Virus record (IMG/VR): IMGVR_UViG_3300022188_000226
Span: 32,001 to 96,000 of that record
Source of the DNA: a virus
Direction: 5' to 3' (one strand)
Length of the DNA stretch: 64,000 nt
Part shown: positions 30,219 through 40,311 of the stretch, one piece after another
How positions within the stretch are numbered: the stretch's first letter is position 1
Layout: the number at the start of each line of letters is the position of its first letter
Notes under the pieces: generated by a model
The model's database searches: none
Seen by the model: the letters and a program-made list of their open reading frames with translations, nothing else
What the model was told of the DNA's origin: nothing
Translations under genes and position numbers: made by a program

Positions 30219-31385
30219 ATGGCAAAAAATATTAAGCTTAGTGCTACAAGAATTAGTACATTTCTGTCATGTAAGCAGAAATACTGGTTCAATTATTATG
30301 AGAAGTTACCTAAACTTTCTAATCCAGCGTTTAAATTAGGTTTAGCCGTTCATGAATCACTCGAATTAGCAGGAAATATTTGGATGGAGAAAGAAAAGTT
30401 TAGTAAAGCAGATATCAAAAAAGTTATGGCGGAGTACGATAGGATATCTATTAGAGAAGGTATAGAAGAGTATTCTTCTCATCTAGAAGGTAAAGAGTTA
30501 GTTAAGAAAAGATTAAATAATTTTATTTCTGGCGAAAAACTTATAGGTTTAGAGACTAAATTTGGATTTTGGGGTAAGGACGCTGGACCACAAGTCACAA
30601 GTAAGTATGGTGTGCCACTAATAGGGGCAATTGATAAAGTCGAGAAGTATGATGAAGATACTGTACTTATAGTAGACTATAAAACTTCTAAGACCGCACC
30701 GACACCTATTCAGATGAAAAGTGATATGCAGCTTTCAATTTATGATTTGGTAGCACGTCAAGTATGGCCTGGATATAAAAGGGTTGTGTTGGCTTTAGAT
30801 TTATTGAAATCAGATGTTTTATATACATATAGAACTGACAAACAACGTGAAGAGTTTGAAGTTTATATTAAGGTTATCTATGATGAAATGTTAGCTTTTA
30901 CAGAAGAGGAAGCAGCTGCTTCGTTGAATATGTTTTGTCCGTGGTGTTCTTATAAAGATTATTGTTCTACTTATCAGAAAGCTTGTAAAAAATCTGACTA
31001 TAAATTCTTACCAACTGTTGGTTATACGGATAATCAGTTGATTGAGGAGTGGGATAGTGTTAAATCTACCAAGAAAATTTTGGAGAACAGGGAGCGTGAG
31101 CTTGGAATGATCATGATGGAAAAAATTAGACGCACGTCAAATAATTTAAGGGGAGACAAGAAAGAAATTTATGTACGACAGAACGCAAGAATAAATTATG
31201 ATCTCAGTACAGTGGCAGAGAAAGTTCCAACAGAGGATTTTCCAAGTCTTGTTAATATAAACAAAAGAGCTGTGGATGTATATTTGAATCTTAATCCAGC
31301 AGTAAAGGATGACATTATTGAAACAACTATTACAAATTATACATCTCCGTTTTTGGCTGGAAGGGATATAAAGAAAAGCAAATAA
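30219..31385 (+). CDS. PD-(D/E)XK (RecB/AddB-like) exonuclease
   Basis: 'LSATRI..F..C', 'G.AVHE.LE', 'GAIDKV...IVDYKT', C-terminal CPWC...C. Confidence 0.85.
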   Translation: MAKNIKLSATRISTFLSCKQKYWFNYYEKLPKLSNPAFKLGLAVHESLELAGNIWMEKEKFSKADIKKVMAEYDRISIREGIEEYSSHLEGKELVKKRLNNFISGEKLIGLETKFGFWGKDAGPQVTSKYGVPLIGAIDKVEKYDEDTVLIVDYKTSKTAPTPIQMKSDMQLSIYDLVARQVWPGYKRVVLALDLLKSDVLYTYRTDKQREEFEVYIKVIYDEMLAFTEEEAAASLNMFCPWCSYKDYCSTYQKACKKSDYKFLPTVGYTDNQLIEEWDSVKSTKKILENRERELGMIMMEKIRRTSNNLRGDKKEIYVRQNARINYDLSTVAEKVPTEDFPSLVNINKRAVDVYLNLNPAVKDDIIETTITNYTSPFLAGRDIKKSK

Positions 31386-31428
31386 TAACTGCAATACAAT
31401 TTTTTTAAAAGAAGTAAAGGAGAAGGGA

Positions 31429-33981
31429 ATGACAAAAAAGAATAAGAAACCTGCCACAAAATTTTCACAACCAGTCCCCAAGAACAAGATTAAAGTATTA
31501 GCATACTGTGACTCCCCTACTTGTGCAACAGGTTTTGGAACAGTGTCACGTAATATTTTATTAGGTCTGTATTCTACTGGGCGTTATGATATTGACGTTC
31601 TTGGTATTAATTACTGGGGAGATCCACATAATCTTCCGTTCAGAATTTGGCCTACTGGTATTAACAGTGAACGAGATCCTTATGGTAGAAAGAAAGTATT
31701 TAAAATGATTCAGCAGATGGATTTTGATATTATATTTTTTTTGCAGGATACTTTTATTTTAGATTTTTTACCTGAGCTTCAGAAGTCTCTTGTAGATCGT
31801 GGGAAGCCTTTTAAATCTATAGTTTATTATCCAGTGGACGGTGTGCCTAAAGAACAGTGGCTTCATAATGTAAATGCTTGTGATTTTCCTGTGGCGTATT
31901 CTGAATTTGGTAAAGCTGAGAGCATGCGTGTACTGCCTATAATGAAAGAGCCTCTGGTTGTCCCTCATGGAGCTAATACTAAAGATTTTTTTGTTGCAGA
32001 TAAGAAAGATGTAATGTCTTTTAGGTCTCAATATTTTGGAAACCAGGCTGATAAGTTTATCCTTTGTAACCTTAATAGAAATCAGCAGAGAAAAGATATC
32101 CCTAGAACTATTGCTGCTTTCAAAGAATTTAAAAAACAGGTTCCTGAATCTCTTCTGTACTTGCATATGGCTAAACAAGATCAGGGGTGGAATTTGACTG
32201 ATGTATGTAATTCTTTTGAGTTAGATATCACTAAAGATGTTATATTTCCTGAGAATTTTGGGCCTAATCAAGGGTATCCACGTAATATTGTTAATATGAT
32301 ATACAACGCCAGTGATTGTGTAATAAGCACAACTTTGGGCGAAGGTTGGGGTCTTTGCCTTCACGGTGATTCTAGTGTTATGACAGTATCTGGTCAAAAA
32401 AGAATTAAAAATATAGTAGTTGGAGATAATGTAGTGATTGCTGGAGATGCTTTTCCAGTTAATGGGGTAGAGTCGTCTAATCATACACAAGAGTTTAAAA
32501 TTAAACTTTATAATAATCAAGAGCTTGTTGGTAGTGGTAATCATAAAGTACCTACTTGTGATGATGTGTATAAAAATTTATCAGAGATTTCAACTAATGA
32601 CTGGTTGCTTGTTGATAAAGCTGTTTTGAAAGATGATGCTGGATATACTTATGATTTAAAATCGTTTGCAGATACTCATGATGATAATTTTGTTTGGAAT
32701 AAGATGGGCTTTAGTCCAAGTGTAGAATGTTCTATTATGGCTATTATGGAGGCTACAAAAGAAACTAAGAAAATTATTGAAACAGCAATAAAAAATTACG
32801 ATACAAATACAGATTCTTCCAGTAATAGAGTTAATAGTGTTATAAGTTATCTTGAGAGTATTTGGTATAAGAAAACTCAGCCAGTAAAAATGAATAGATA
32901 TGTAGAGTTTGATAGTGATTTTGCGAGACTTCTTGGGTACTATGTTGCTGAAGGTAGCAATGAGTCAGGAAACGGTATAGAGTTTAGTTTTCATACTAAA
33001 GAAACAGTCTATCATGAAGATGTAAGTACACTTATAGAAAAGTATTTTGGAGTTAAAACAATAATTAAAATTAAAGATAATAGATGTGCCGTCCGTGTAC
33101 GTTCTTCTATACTTGCTAAATTTTTTGGAGATTTATGTGGTATCGGTTCTCATAATAAACATATTCCACTTCTTTGTATGCAACACAGAGATAAAGCTAA
33201 AGAGTTCATTAAAGGGGCTTGGCGTGGTGACGGACATTTTGGAGATGTTGAGTTTAGTTATTCAACAGCTTCTATTGTATTAAAAGAAGAGATGATGTGG
33301 TTATTATCTGGATTTAATATATTTTCCAAATGTAACAAAAATAAGGTAGGTAATTGGGCTATTTATGTTAATGGAAAAGACTATAATTTATTAGCCGAAG
33401 TGCTTGACCATACAAATAGTCATGATAATTACAGAGAACGTAGTTACATTAAGAAGCATGATAATTTCTTTATGGTTAAAGTAAAAAGTACATCTTGTGA
33501 AGAGATAAATAGTACATATTACGATATAAGTGTAGATAGTAAGAGGCACTTTGTTGTTAATGGTATTGTTGTTCATAATTCTTGGATCGAGGCTATGGCT
33601 ACTAAAACTCCAGTGATTATGCCTGCAAATACAGCGTTGGTTGAAAATATTACTGAAGATAGAGGGTGGTTATGTAAGAGTGGGTCAGACCCTTCTTTGT
33701 TTACAGTTGTACCTAATGATAACGAAGTCATTAGACCTTTGGTAGATGTTAATGATATGGTATGTCAAATGCTTGAGGTTTATAATAATCCAGATGAGGC
33801 TACTCGTCGTGCAGAAAATGCGTATAACTGGATTCATGCAAAAATGGATTGGGGTTCTGGTGTAGTACCTAAGTGGATTACTGTTTTTGATGATGCTTAT
33901 AATCGTCTTTCAGATGAGAGTAATAACACAGTTGATGAGGGTGTGTCTGGAAATAAAGTTATTGACTCTGAGGCATTCTAG
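31429..33981 (+). CDS. GT-B (GT4-like) glycosyltransferase with one intein; 442 aa after splicing
   Basis: 'DSPT..TGFG.V', 'NRNQ.RKD', EGWGL|intein|SWIEAMA. Confidence 0.9.
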   Translation: MTKKNKKPATKFSQPVPKNKIKVLAYCDSPTCATGFGTVSRNILLGLYSTGRYDIDVLGINYWGDPHNLPFRIWPTGINSERDPYGRKKVFKMIQQMDFDIIFFLQDTFILDFLPELQKSLVDRGKPFKSIVYYPVDGVPKEQWLHNVNACDFPVAYSEFGKAESMRVLPIMKEPLVVPHGANTKDFFVADKKDVMSFRSQYFGNQADKFILCNLNRNQQRKDIPRTIAAFKEFKKQVPESLLYLHMAKQDQGWNLTDVCNSFELDITKDVIFPENFGPNQGYPRNIVNMIYNASDCVISTTLGEGWGLCLHGDSSVMTVSGQKRIKNIVVGDNVVIAGDAFPVNGVESSNHTQEFKIKLYNNQELVGSGNHKVPTCDDVYKNLSEISTNDWLLVDKAVLKDDAGYTYDLKSFADTHDDNFVWNKMGFSPSVECSIMAIMEATKETKKIIETAIKNYDTNTDSSSNRVNSVISYLESIWYKKTQPVKMNRYVEFDSDFARLLGYYVAEGSNESGNGIEFSFHTKETVYHEDVSTLIEKYFGVKTIIKIKDNRCAVRVRSSILAKFFGDLCGIGSHNKHIPLLCMQHRDKAKEFIKGAWRGDGHFGDVEFSYSTASIVLKEEMMWLLSGFNIFSKCNKNKVGNWAIYVNGKDYNLLAEVLDHTNSHDNYRERSYIKKHDNFFMVKVKSTSCEEINSTYYDISVDSKRHFVVNGIVVHNSWIEAMATKTPVIMPANTALVENITEDRGWLCKSGSDPSLFTVVPNDNEVIRPLVDVNDMVCQMLEVYNNPDEATRRAENAYNWIHAKMDWGSGVVPKWITVFDDAYNRLSDESNNTVDEGVSGNKVIDSEAF
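32356..33579 (+). mobile_element. Intein (408 aa) with LAGLIDADG endonuclease
   Basis: Starts CLHGDS, contains LLGYYVAEG and KGAWRGDG, ends VVHN followed by Ser. Confidence 0.92.
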
Positions 33982-34029
33982 TAAAAATTAGTAATATATA
34001 TATATATATATTATAATTAAAAAGGAGAG

Positions 34030-34632
34030 GTGGTAATTTTTTTTTGCCGTGAAAATTTTATGGAAACTAAGATTATACAAGAAGTTGGATATAATGAGGC
34101 TATACAAGGAATAGGTTATAGTTTTGGAGTTAACGATAAGGACCGTTTAAAATTGATTGCTGAAAAATTATCTTTAAAAGATGGTGGACATAATAAATTT
34201 CTAGAGTCCATGATGGTATGGGTCGATATAAATGCCCCAAGATATTTTTGGAGTGAGTTTGATACGTATCGCGTTGGTACAACTAAACAATCACAAAGTA
34301 CTATACACACTATTACATACCGTACTCTAAAACAAGATGATTTTGAGCACGAAGTTTATGAACACACATTGATTTCTCTTAATAAATCTATAGTGGCATA
34401 TCAACATACTGAATTAAAAGAAAAAAAGCATAAACTATTTATGGAAATTAAAAACAATTTACCAGAAGGATTTTTGCAGCGACGAATGGTTTGTACTAAT
34501 TATAAAGTATTAAAGAATATTATTTTACAGAGAAAAAATCATAAATTAAAAGAATGGGGTGTTTTTATTAGTGCTTTGTTAGATCAATTACAGTTTCCGC
34601 ATTTTGTTACTAAATTTAAGGAGAAGGATTAA
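34030..34632 (+). CDS. thyX: Divergent ThyX/Thy1-like protein
   Basis: 'GGHNKFLE', 'APRYFWSEFDTYR...SQST.H', 'LPEGFLQRR', 'RKNHKL.EW'. Lacks the canonical RHR motif. Start may be the ATG at 34060. Confidence 0.6.
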   Translation: MVIFFCRENFMETKIIQEVGYNEAIQGIGYSFGVNDKDRLKLIAEKLSLKDGGHNKFLESMMVWVDINAPRYFWSEFDTYRVGTTKQSQSTIHTITYRTLKQDDFEHEVYEHTLISLNKSIVAYQHTELKEKKHKLFMEIKNNLPEGFLQRRMVCTNYKVLKNIILQRKNHKLKEWGVFISALLDQLQFPHFVTKFKEKD

Positions 34633-37600
34633 TGGAGATAAAAGGGATAAAGTATACGGGTCCGGTATTTGATGGGTCAGGTTATGCCCAAGCAGTTAGA
34701 GGAAATATAATGGCTTTACATAAACTGGGGGTACCTTTAACTGTAAACTCCATATCATTCGAACACTTAAGACCTGAGTTAGGTGTGGTTGGTAAAGTTA
34801 TAAACAAGTTAGTGGATAAAAAAATAGATTATAATATTAATATAATTCATACAACTCCAGAATTTTGGGAGAATCATAAAGAAGAGGGTAAATTAAATAT
34901 CGGTTACACAATTTGGGAAACTACTAAACTTCACCACAAATGGCCTGGTTATATTAATGACAATGTCGATGCAATCATGGTGGGCAGTGAATGGAATGTT
35001 GGTGTATTCAAAGATAGCGGTGTAACTGTACCGATTTTTGTAGTACCTCACGGAATAGGACAACATGAATTTGATAATATTGAGAAATTTGAAGTTAAAG
35101 GTGTGTCAGATGAGACGTATATGTTCTATAGTATTTTTCAATGGGTTGAGCGAAAACACCCTCTTTCTCTAATTAAAGCATATTGGCATGCTTTTCAGAA
35201 CAAAGAAGACGTAGCTTTGGTGCTTAAAACATATCGTAGTGATTATAGTGATCAGGAAAAAGAGGCTATCAGGACTACGATAAGAAGATTGAAACAAGTA
35301 ACACCATTTGATAACTATCCTCCTATTTATCTTATTCCTAACATGCTAACTAATGACGAAATTTTTGGACTACATGCTAGAGGTGATTGTTACACTAGTT
35401 TGGATCGCGGGGAAGGATTTGGCCTTTGTGTAGCTCAAAATACTAATATAACAACTCCTTCCGGTATTAAACTAGCTGAAGATATTATAGAGGGGGATTT
35501 GACTTTATCTATGGGGGGTAAGTTTAACAAAGTTACAGCTACCTCTAAGAGATATGTTGAAAAGGCATTACGTGTATCTATAAAATTACATGAAGCTCTT
35601 GTGGTTAGTCATGAACATCCTTTTTATGTTACTAAAGATTTGTCGACATGGAAAAGATACAATTATTCACCGTCCACGATAGAAGATGCACTTGAGTGGT
35701 CAGAGGCGTCTAACATAGTAGTTGGAGATTATGTTGCGGTTCCTAAACCTAAACTTAATAACAAATTGATAGATAAAATTGATATAAGTGATTATTTAGA
35801 TTTAGAGGGAGTTGTTGTTGAGGACGAATATATCTTTTTAAAGCATGGGTATTCCCCTAAAAATACTAAAAATAGTTATAAAAATTTAGTAGATAAATAC
35901 GGATTTACAAAGAAAATTTTTGAAACGGCAGTATCACATATTAAAAATAATACTGTTCCTAAGATTGGTACAAGTGCACATAATGCTTATACTATTTTAT
36001 TGAAAATAGAGTATGAGGTTAAGAAACCAAATAGAATTAAACGTTTTATCGACTTAGATAGTAATTTATTAAAATTGTTTGGTTGGTATTTAGCTGAAGG
36101 AAGCACTAACAATAGAACTTTTTTAGAGATAGATCTACACAAAGACGAATTTGATGTTGCAAAGAGCCTTTCAGATATATTTAAACAGTATTTCTCTGTT
36201 AGTGTTGATTCTATATATACTAGTATAAATGGAAATAAATCGAGGTTAATAGTAAGTAGTAAAATAATAGCTTCCTTATTTGAATCTCTGTTCGGTAAAG
36301 GAGCTAGGAATAAACATATACCAGACTGGCTTATTTATTCAAGCCAATCTTTATTGCCTCTAATTAAAACATTGTTTTTTGGGGATGGTTATGACTCAGG
36401 GAATACTTATGCATTAACTACAGTTTCTCCTAGTTTAGCTTATCAGGTTAAGACTGTACTAAATAGTTTGGGGATGTGTCCTAGAATAAATAAAGGGAAA
36501 CGAGGAGAATTAGGAAATTATGATCAATATATAGTCAGTGTAGCTAATGAAGATTATAAAATATTTACTGAGAATACTATTACTAAAGAATACAAAAAAC
36601 ATAGTGTAGAAACTGAAAATTATTTTCTAGTAAAAGTAACTAATATTGAAGAGATAAAATATAATGATTATATGTATGATTTTACTATAAATGGTGCTGA
36701 AAGTTTTGTAGGGAATGGTATATTATTACATAATTGTCCTTTTACTGCTGGGGCTTGTGGAAATCCAGTAATTATTACTGGGTTTGGTGGTATTACAGAA
36801 TACGCTAAAGAAGATAACAGTTATCTTGTTGACTACACACTGACTCCAGTGTTTGGGATGCCTTGGAGCGGTTCTCCAATAATTTCAATAGGTTGCATCG
36901 ATGGATATAAGAAGATAAAGGATGTAAAAGAAGGTGACTTGGTTTTTAATAAGAATGGTAAAATAAAAAGTGTAACAAAGGTTGGAGATCGACCAATGCT
37001 TCCTGATGAAAGGATGCACTCTATTAAACATGGGTCTATGCATACTAGTATAGAGGTAACAAATAAACATAAATTATATATTGCAAAGAATAATAAGTCA
37101 GTACTAGCTGAAGTAGAAGATATTACTGATGAGGATTATCTAATTATACCAAAGCCATTTTTGTATTCAGAAAATTTCTCTATTAATATGAAGGATTATA
37201 CTTTGACAGATGTTTGGAGTGAAGAGGCCGGTAGAATAGTTTATAATAGAGATGTTGATGTTTCCACTGGTATTTATAGCACTGTAGAATTGTCTGAGGA
37301 TATGTTTTATTTAATTGGTTTATATTTAGCAGAAGGATGTGTGTATTCTTCCAACGATTGTGTTAGTTTTTCTTTTAATTCTAACGAAATTGATACGTTA
37401 GCTGCTGAGTGTAAGAAATGTTTATCTTCAGTTTTTGGTATATCTTCAGAACATTTTCATGAGCGTGAGTATAAGGATAGAAATGGTTATGAGCTTATTG
37501 TAAACAATACACTTATAGGAAGATTTTTTAGAAATGAATTTGGTACAGGAGCACATGATAAGTTTATACCTTATAGATGGAGATTACATACAAATGATAA

Positions 37601-38228
37601 CTATAGAATTCGATTATTAAAGGGGTATTGGGATGGGGATGGGCACATTAGTTATAGACATAAAAATCAAAATGCTCCGGAGTACTCTGCTTCATCTTGT
37701 TCAGAAAACCTTATGTTGTCTATACGTGATTTAGTAATAAGTTTAGATGTGATACCGTCGTTAACAATAAATATTAGATCTGATGGGCGTATTAGTTATA
37801 TTATGACTGTAACAGACCCAGTATTTGATAAACTGTTTGGTGTGAAATGTAAAAGAAATAAACGTACATCTTATTGTTATAAAATTGATGATCACCATTT
37901 TGCTGTACGTGTCAAGAGTAACGTTGTTATGAAAGATTATAAAGACCCTGTTTATAGTTTATCTGTGGAGCCTGGAGACGACGAAGACATTGAGCATGGC
38001 GGTAGTTACATATTAAACGGGGTTGCTTCTAGTAACTCACCGTGGTATAGGGGATCACAACTGTGGGCTGAAGTTAGCGTTAAACACGGTGCCGATTTGA
38101 TGTATAATGCATACGAAAATCGACAGGAAGCCAAAGATAAAGGGTTATTATTACAGAAATATATATATAAGAATTTTGAGTGGGAAGTAATAGGACAGAA
38201 AATAGTAGATGGGATTAGGAGTTTGTAG
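34632..38228 (+). CDS. GT-B (GT4-like) glycosyltransferase with two inteins; 372 aa after splicing
   Basis: 'SGYAQAVR', 'GYTIWET', 'ERK', EGFGL|intein|CPF...GMPW|intein|SPWY...WAE. Confidence 0.9.
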   Translation: MEIKGIKYTGPVFDGSGYAQAVRGNIMALHKLGVPLTVNSISFEHLRPELGVVGKVINKLVDKKIDYNINIIHTTPEFWENHKEEGKLNIGYTIWETTKLHHKWPGYINDNVDAIMVGSEWNVGVFKDSGVTVPIFVVPHGIGQHEFDNIEKFEVKGVSDETYMFYSIFQWVERKHPLSLIKAYWHAFQNKEDVALVLKTYRSDYSDQEKEAIRTTIRRLKQVTPFDNYPPIYLIPNMLTNDEIFGLHARGDCYTSLDRGEGFGLCVAQNTNITTPSGIKLAEDIIEGDLTLSMGGKFNKVTATSKRYVEKALRVSIKLHEALVVSHEHPFYVTKDLSTWKRYNYSPSTIEDALEWSEASNIVVGDYVAVPKPKLNNKLIDKIDISDYLDLEGVVVEDEYIFLKHGYSPKNTKNSYKNLVDKYGFTKKIFETAVSHIKNNTVPKIGTSAHNAYTILLKIEYEVKKPNRIKRFIDLDSNLLKLFGWYLAEGSTNNRTFLEIDLHKDEFDVAKSLSDIFKQYFSVSVDSIYTSINGNKSRLIVSSKIIASLFESLFGKGARNKHIPDWLIYSSQSLLPLIKTLFFGDGYDSGNTYALTTVSPSLAYQVKTVLNSLGMCPRINKGKRGELGNYDQYIVSVANEDYKIFTENTITKEYKKHSVETENYFLVKVTNIEEIKYNDYMYDFTINGAESFVGNGILLHNCPFTAGACGNPVIITGFGGITEYAKEDNSYLVDYTLTPVFGMPWSGSPIISIGCIDGYKKIKDVKEGDLVFNKNGKIKSVTKVGDRPMLPDERMHSIKHGSMHTSIEVTNKHKLYIAKNNKSVLAEVEDITDEDYLIIPKPFLYSENFSINMKDYTLTDVWSEEAGRIVYNRDVDVSTGIYSTVELSEDMFYLIGLYLAEGCVYSSNDCVSFSFNSNEIDTLAAECKKCLSSVFGISSEHFHEREYKDRNGYELIVNNTLIGRFFRNEFGTGAHDKFIPYRWRLHTNDNYRIRLLKGYWDGDGHISYRHKNQNAPEYSASSCSENLMLSIRDLVISLDVIPSLTINIRSDGRISYIMTVTDPVFDKLFGVKCKRNKRTSYCYKIDDHHFAVRVKSNVVMKDYKDPVYSLSVEPGDDEDIEHGGSYILNGVASSNSPWYRGSQLWAEVSVKHGADLMYNAYENRQEAKDKGLLLQKYIYKNFEWEVIGQKIVDGIRSL
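35427..36734 (+). mobile_element. Intein (436 aa) with LAGLIDADG endonuclease
   Basis: Starts CVAQNT, contains FGWYLAEG and LFFGDG, ends LLHN followed by Cys. Confidence 0.92.
36867..38036 (+). mobile_element. Intein (390 aa), Ser1-initiated, with LAGLIDADG endonuclease
   Basis: SGSPIISIGCIDG fits block A spacing, block B TNKH, IGLYLAEG and GYWDGDG, ends ASSN followed by Ser. Confidence 0.8.
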
Positions 38229-39826
38229 TGACAAAACGATTAACATTAGATTTTGTAAAAAGTTCTTTTGAAAAAGAAGGTTATACTCTGTTATCCAAGG
38301 AATATAAATCTGTAAAAGTTAAACTTAAATATGTTTGCCCAAAAGGGCATGTCCATGAGATTGGTTGGTCTGAGTGGAATTCAAAGAGAAAACATAGATG
38401 CCCTTATTGTGCTAATAATGCTGCTCTTAATATAGATATAATTAGAGAAGAATTTTTAACATCTAATTATGAATTGTTGGATACAGTATATATTAATTCA
38501 AAACAGTCCTTTAAATATAGGTGCGATAATGGTCATGTAAATAGTATGCGGATAGACCATTTTAGACGTGGAATAAGGTGTCCTTTTTGTTCAGGCTTTA
38601 TTAAAAAATCTATAAATGAAGTACGGGAAATAATTGAGTCAGAAGGTTATAAGTTGCTATCTGATGAGTATAAGAATGTACATACAAAATTATTAGTACA
38701 GTGTAAGAAACGGCATCAGTATAAAGTATCTTTTCATAGCTGGTTACAAGGAAGCCGATGCCCTTATTGTAATGGTGGAATTAGGGCTAACTTTGATGAT
38801 ATTAAAGCCTCTATCGAGGAGGAAGGATATGCACTATTAACTGATAATTATGAGAATTCAAATCAAGTACTTGAATTAATTTGCCCAAATGGGCATCATT
38901 ACAATGTTGCGTGGAATAATTGGAAACATAAAGGGTCTAGATGTACAGAATGCTCTGGAAAAGGTTCATCGATTAATGAGGAGGCTATAAAAGAATTTAT
39001 TTCAGATTTAGGTATTGAATTTATATCTAATGACAAACAACTTATAGCCCCATATGAATTAGACATAGTAATCCCATCTAAAAAGATTGCTATAGAGTAT
39101 TGTGGATTATATTGGCATTCAGAAAATATGGGAAGAGATAGAAATTATCATTTAAATAAACTTAATATGTGTATAACTAAAGGATATAGACTACTAACTA
39201 TATTTGAAGATGAATTTTTAGATAATAAACAAATGGTATTTTCCAGACTTCTCAATATACTTAATGTTACTAATAATTTAAAGAGAATATACGCAAGGAA
39301 ATGTAAAATAATGCCTATACCTGTACCGGAAGCTAGAACGTTTTGTATAGAAAATCATATGCAGGGGTATACAGGCTCATCTATAAAGCTTGGAGCATTT
39401 TATAAAGGGCAGTTAGTGTCAGTAATGATGTTAGCTAAACCGTCAATTGCTAAAGGGTATAAGAAACAAGTTGATGGTGTATATGAGCTTAGTAGGTTTT
39501 GTTCGAAAAAGGAGCATATAGTAGTTGGGGTTGCTTCTAAATTTCTTACTTTTTTTAAAAAAAATTATCAATGTAGTTCGATATTTACATTTGCAGATCG
39601 TAGATGGTCTGACGGTAATTTATATGAAAAAATTGGTTTTAGTTATGTGAGTGCCACTGTTCCAAATTATTGGTATTTCAAAAATAAAAAGCGATTACAT
39701 AGGTTTGCTTTAAGAAAAACTAAAAATGACCCAATAGAATTGACAGAGAGAGAAATTAGGAAACAAGAAGGTTGGAATAGAATTTGGGACTGTGGTAATT
39801 TGAAATATGCTATGGAGGTAATATGA
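38228..39826 (+). CDS. Free-standing Hef-like homing endonuclease (zinc-ribbon repeats + PD-(D/E)XK + GNAT-like domain)
   Basis: Four 'Y.LL...Y...C..GH......W....RCPYC'-type repeats, 'ELDIVIP...AIEYCGLYWH', 'ELSRFC', 'IWDCG'. Confidence 0.75.
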   Translation: MTKRLTLDFVKSSFEKEGYTLLSKEYKSVKVKLKYVCPKGHVHEIGWSEWNSKRKHRCPYCANNAALNIDIIREEFLTSNYELLDTVYINSKQSFKYRCDNGHVNSMRIDHFRRGIRCPFCSGFIKKSINEVREIIESEGYKLLSDEYKNVHTKLLVQCKKRHQYKVSFHSWLQGSRCPYCNGGIRANFDDIKASIEEEGYALLTDNYENSNQVLELICPNGHHYNVAWNNWKHKGSRCTECSGKGSSINEEAIKEFISDLGIEFISNDKQLIAPYELDIVIPSKKIAIEYCGLYWHSENMGRDRNYHLNKLNMCITKGYRLLTIFEDEFLDNKQMVFSRLLNILNVTNNLKRIYARKCKIMPIPVPEARTFCIENHMQGYTGSSIKLGAFYKGQLVSVMMLAKPSIAKGYKKQVDGVYELSRFCSKKEHIVVGVASKFLTFFKKNYQCSSIFTFADRRWSDGNLYEKIGFSYVSATVPNYWYFKNKKRLHRFALRKTKNDPIELTEREIRKQEGWNRIWDCGNLKYAMEVI

Positions 39827-40311
39827 AACTTACATTAAATGTTGGTTGTGGAGAAAGGACTTACAAGGAATACCCGCCAGGTCATAAATGTATAAATTAT
39901 GACGAGCGTGAAAACCTTAACAATATAGATGAGGTCGGTGACGTTAGAGATTTATCTAAGTTTCCTGATGAGAATTTTGATTATATACTTGCAAGTGATA
40001 TAATCGAGCATTTTCCAATTGTTGAAACAGATAAGGTTTTGGCAGAATGGAAAAGAGTACTTACAGTAGGTGGGATAATTGAGTTTAGAATGCCAAATCT
40101 AAAAGTTATTTGTAAAAAATATATAGATGGAAAACATGACGCTAAACACACCTCTTGGCTACTTTATGGTGGTCAGGGATACTCCGGAAATTTCCATTAC
40201 GTTGGTTACGACAAACAATGGTTCTCCTCTATCCTTGAGACCAATGGGTTTGAAGTTTTTGATTATAAAGAGATAGGAAATAATTTTGAAATAAAGGGGA
40301 GAAAAATATGA
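39823..40311 (+). CDS. Class I SAM-dependent methyltransferase
   Basis: LNVGCG, 'D.I.ASDIIEH', 'W.RVL..GG'. Confidence 0.85.
   Translation: MKLTLNVGCGERTYKEYPPGHKCINYDERENLNNIDEVGDVRDLSKFPDENFDYILASDIIEHFPIVETDKVLAEWKRVLTVGGIIEFRMPNLKVICKKYIDGKHDAKHTSWLLYGGQGYSGNFHYVGYDKQWFSSILETNGFEVFDYKEIGNNFEIKGRKI

Noticed and set aside
30219-31385. Cas4 / CRISPR adaptation gene
   Set aside because: A PD-(D/E)XK nuclease with a Cys cluster in a recombination context, with no cas1/cas2 or array; better read as a phage exonuclease.
33993-34016. (TA)n run upstream of the thyX-like gene
   Set aside because: Short low-complexity tract in an AT-rich intergenic gap; no supportable function.
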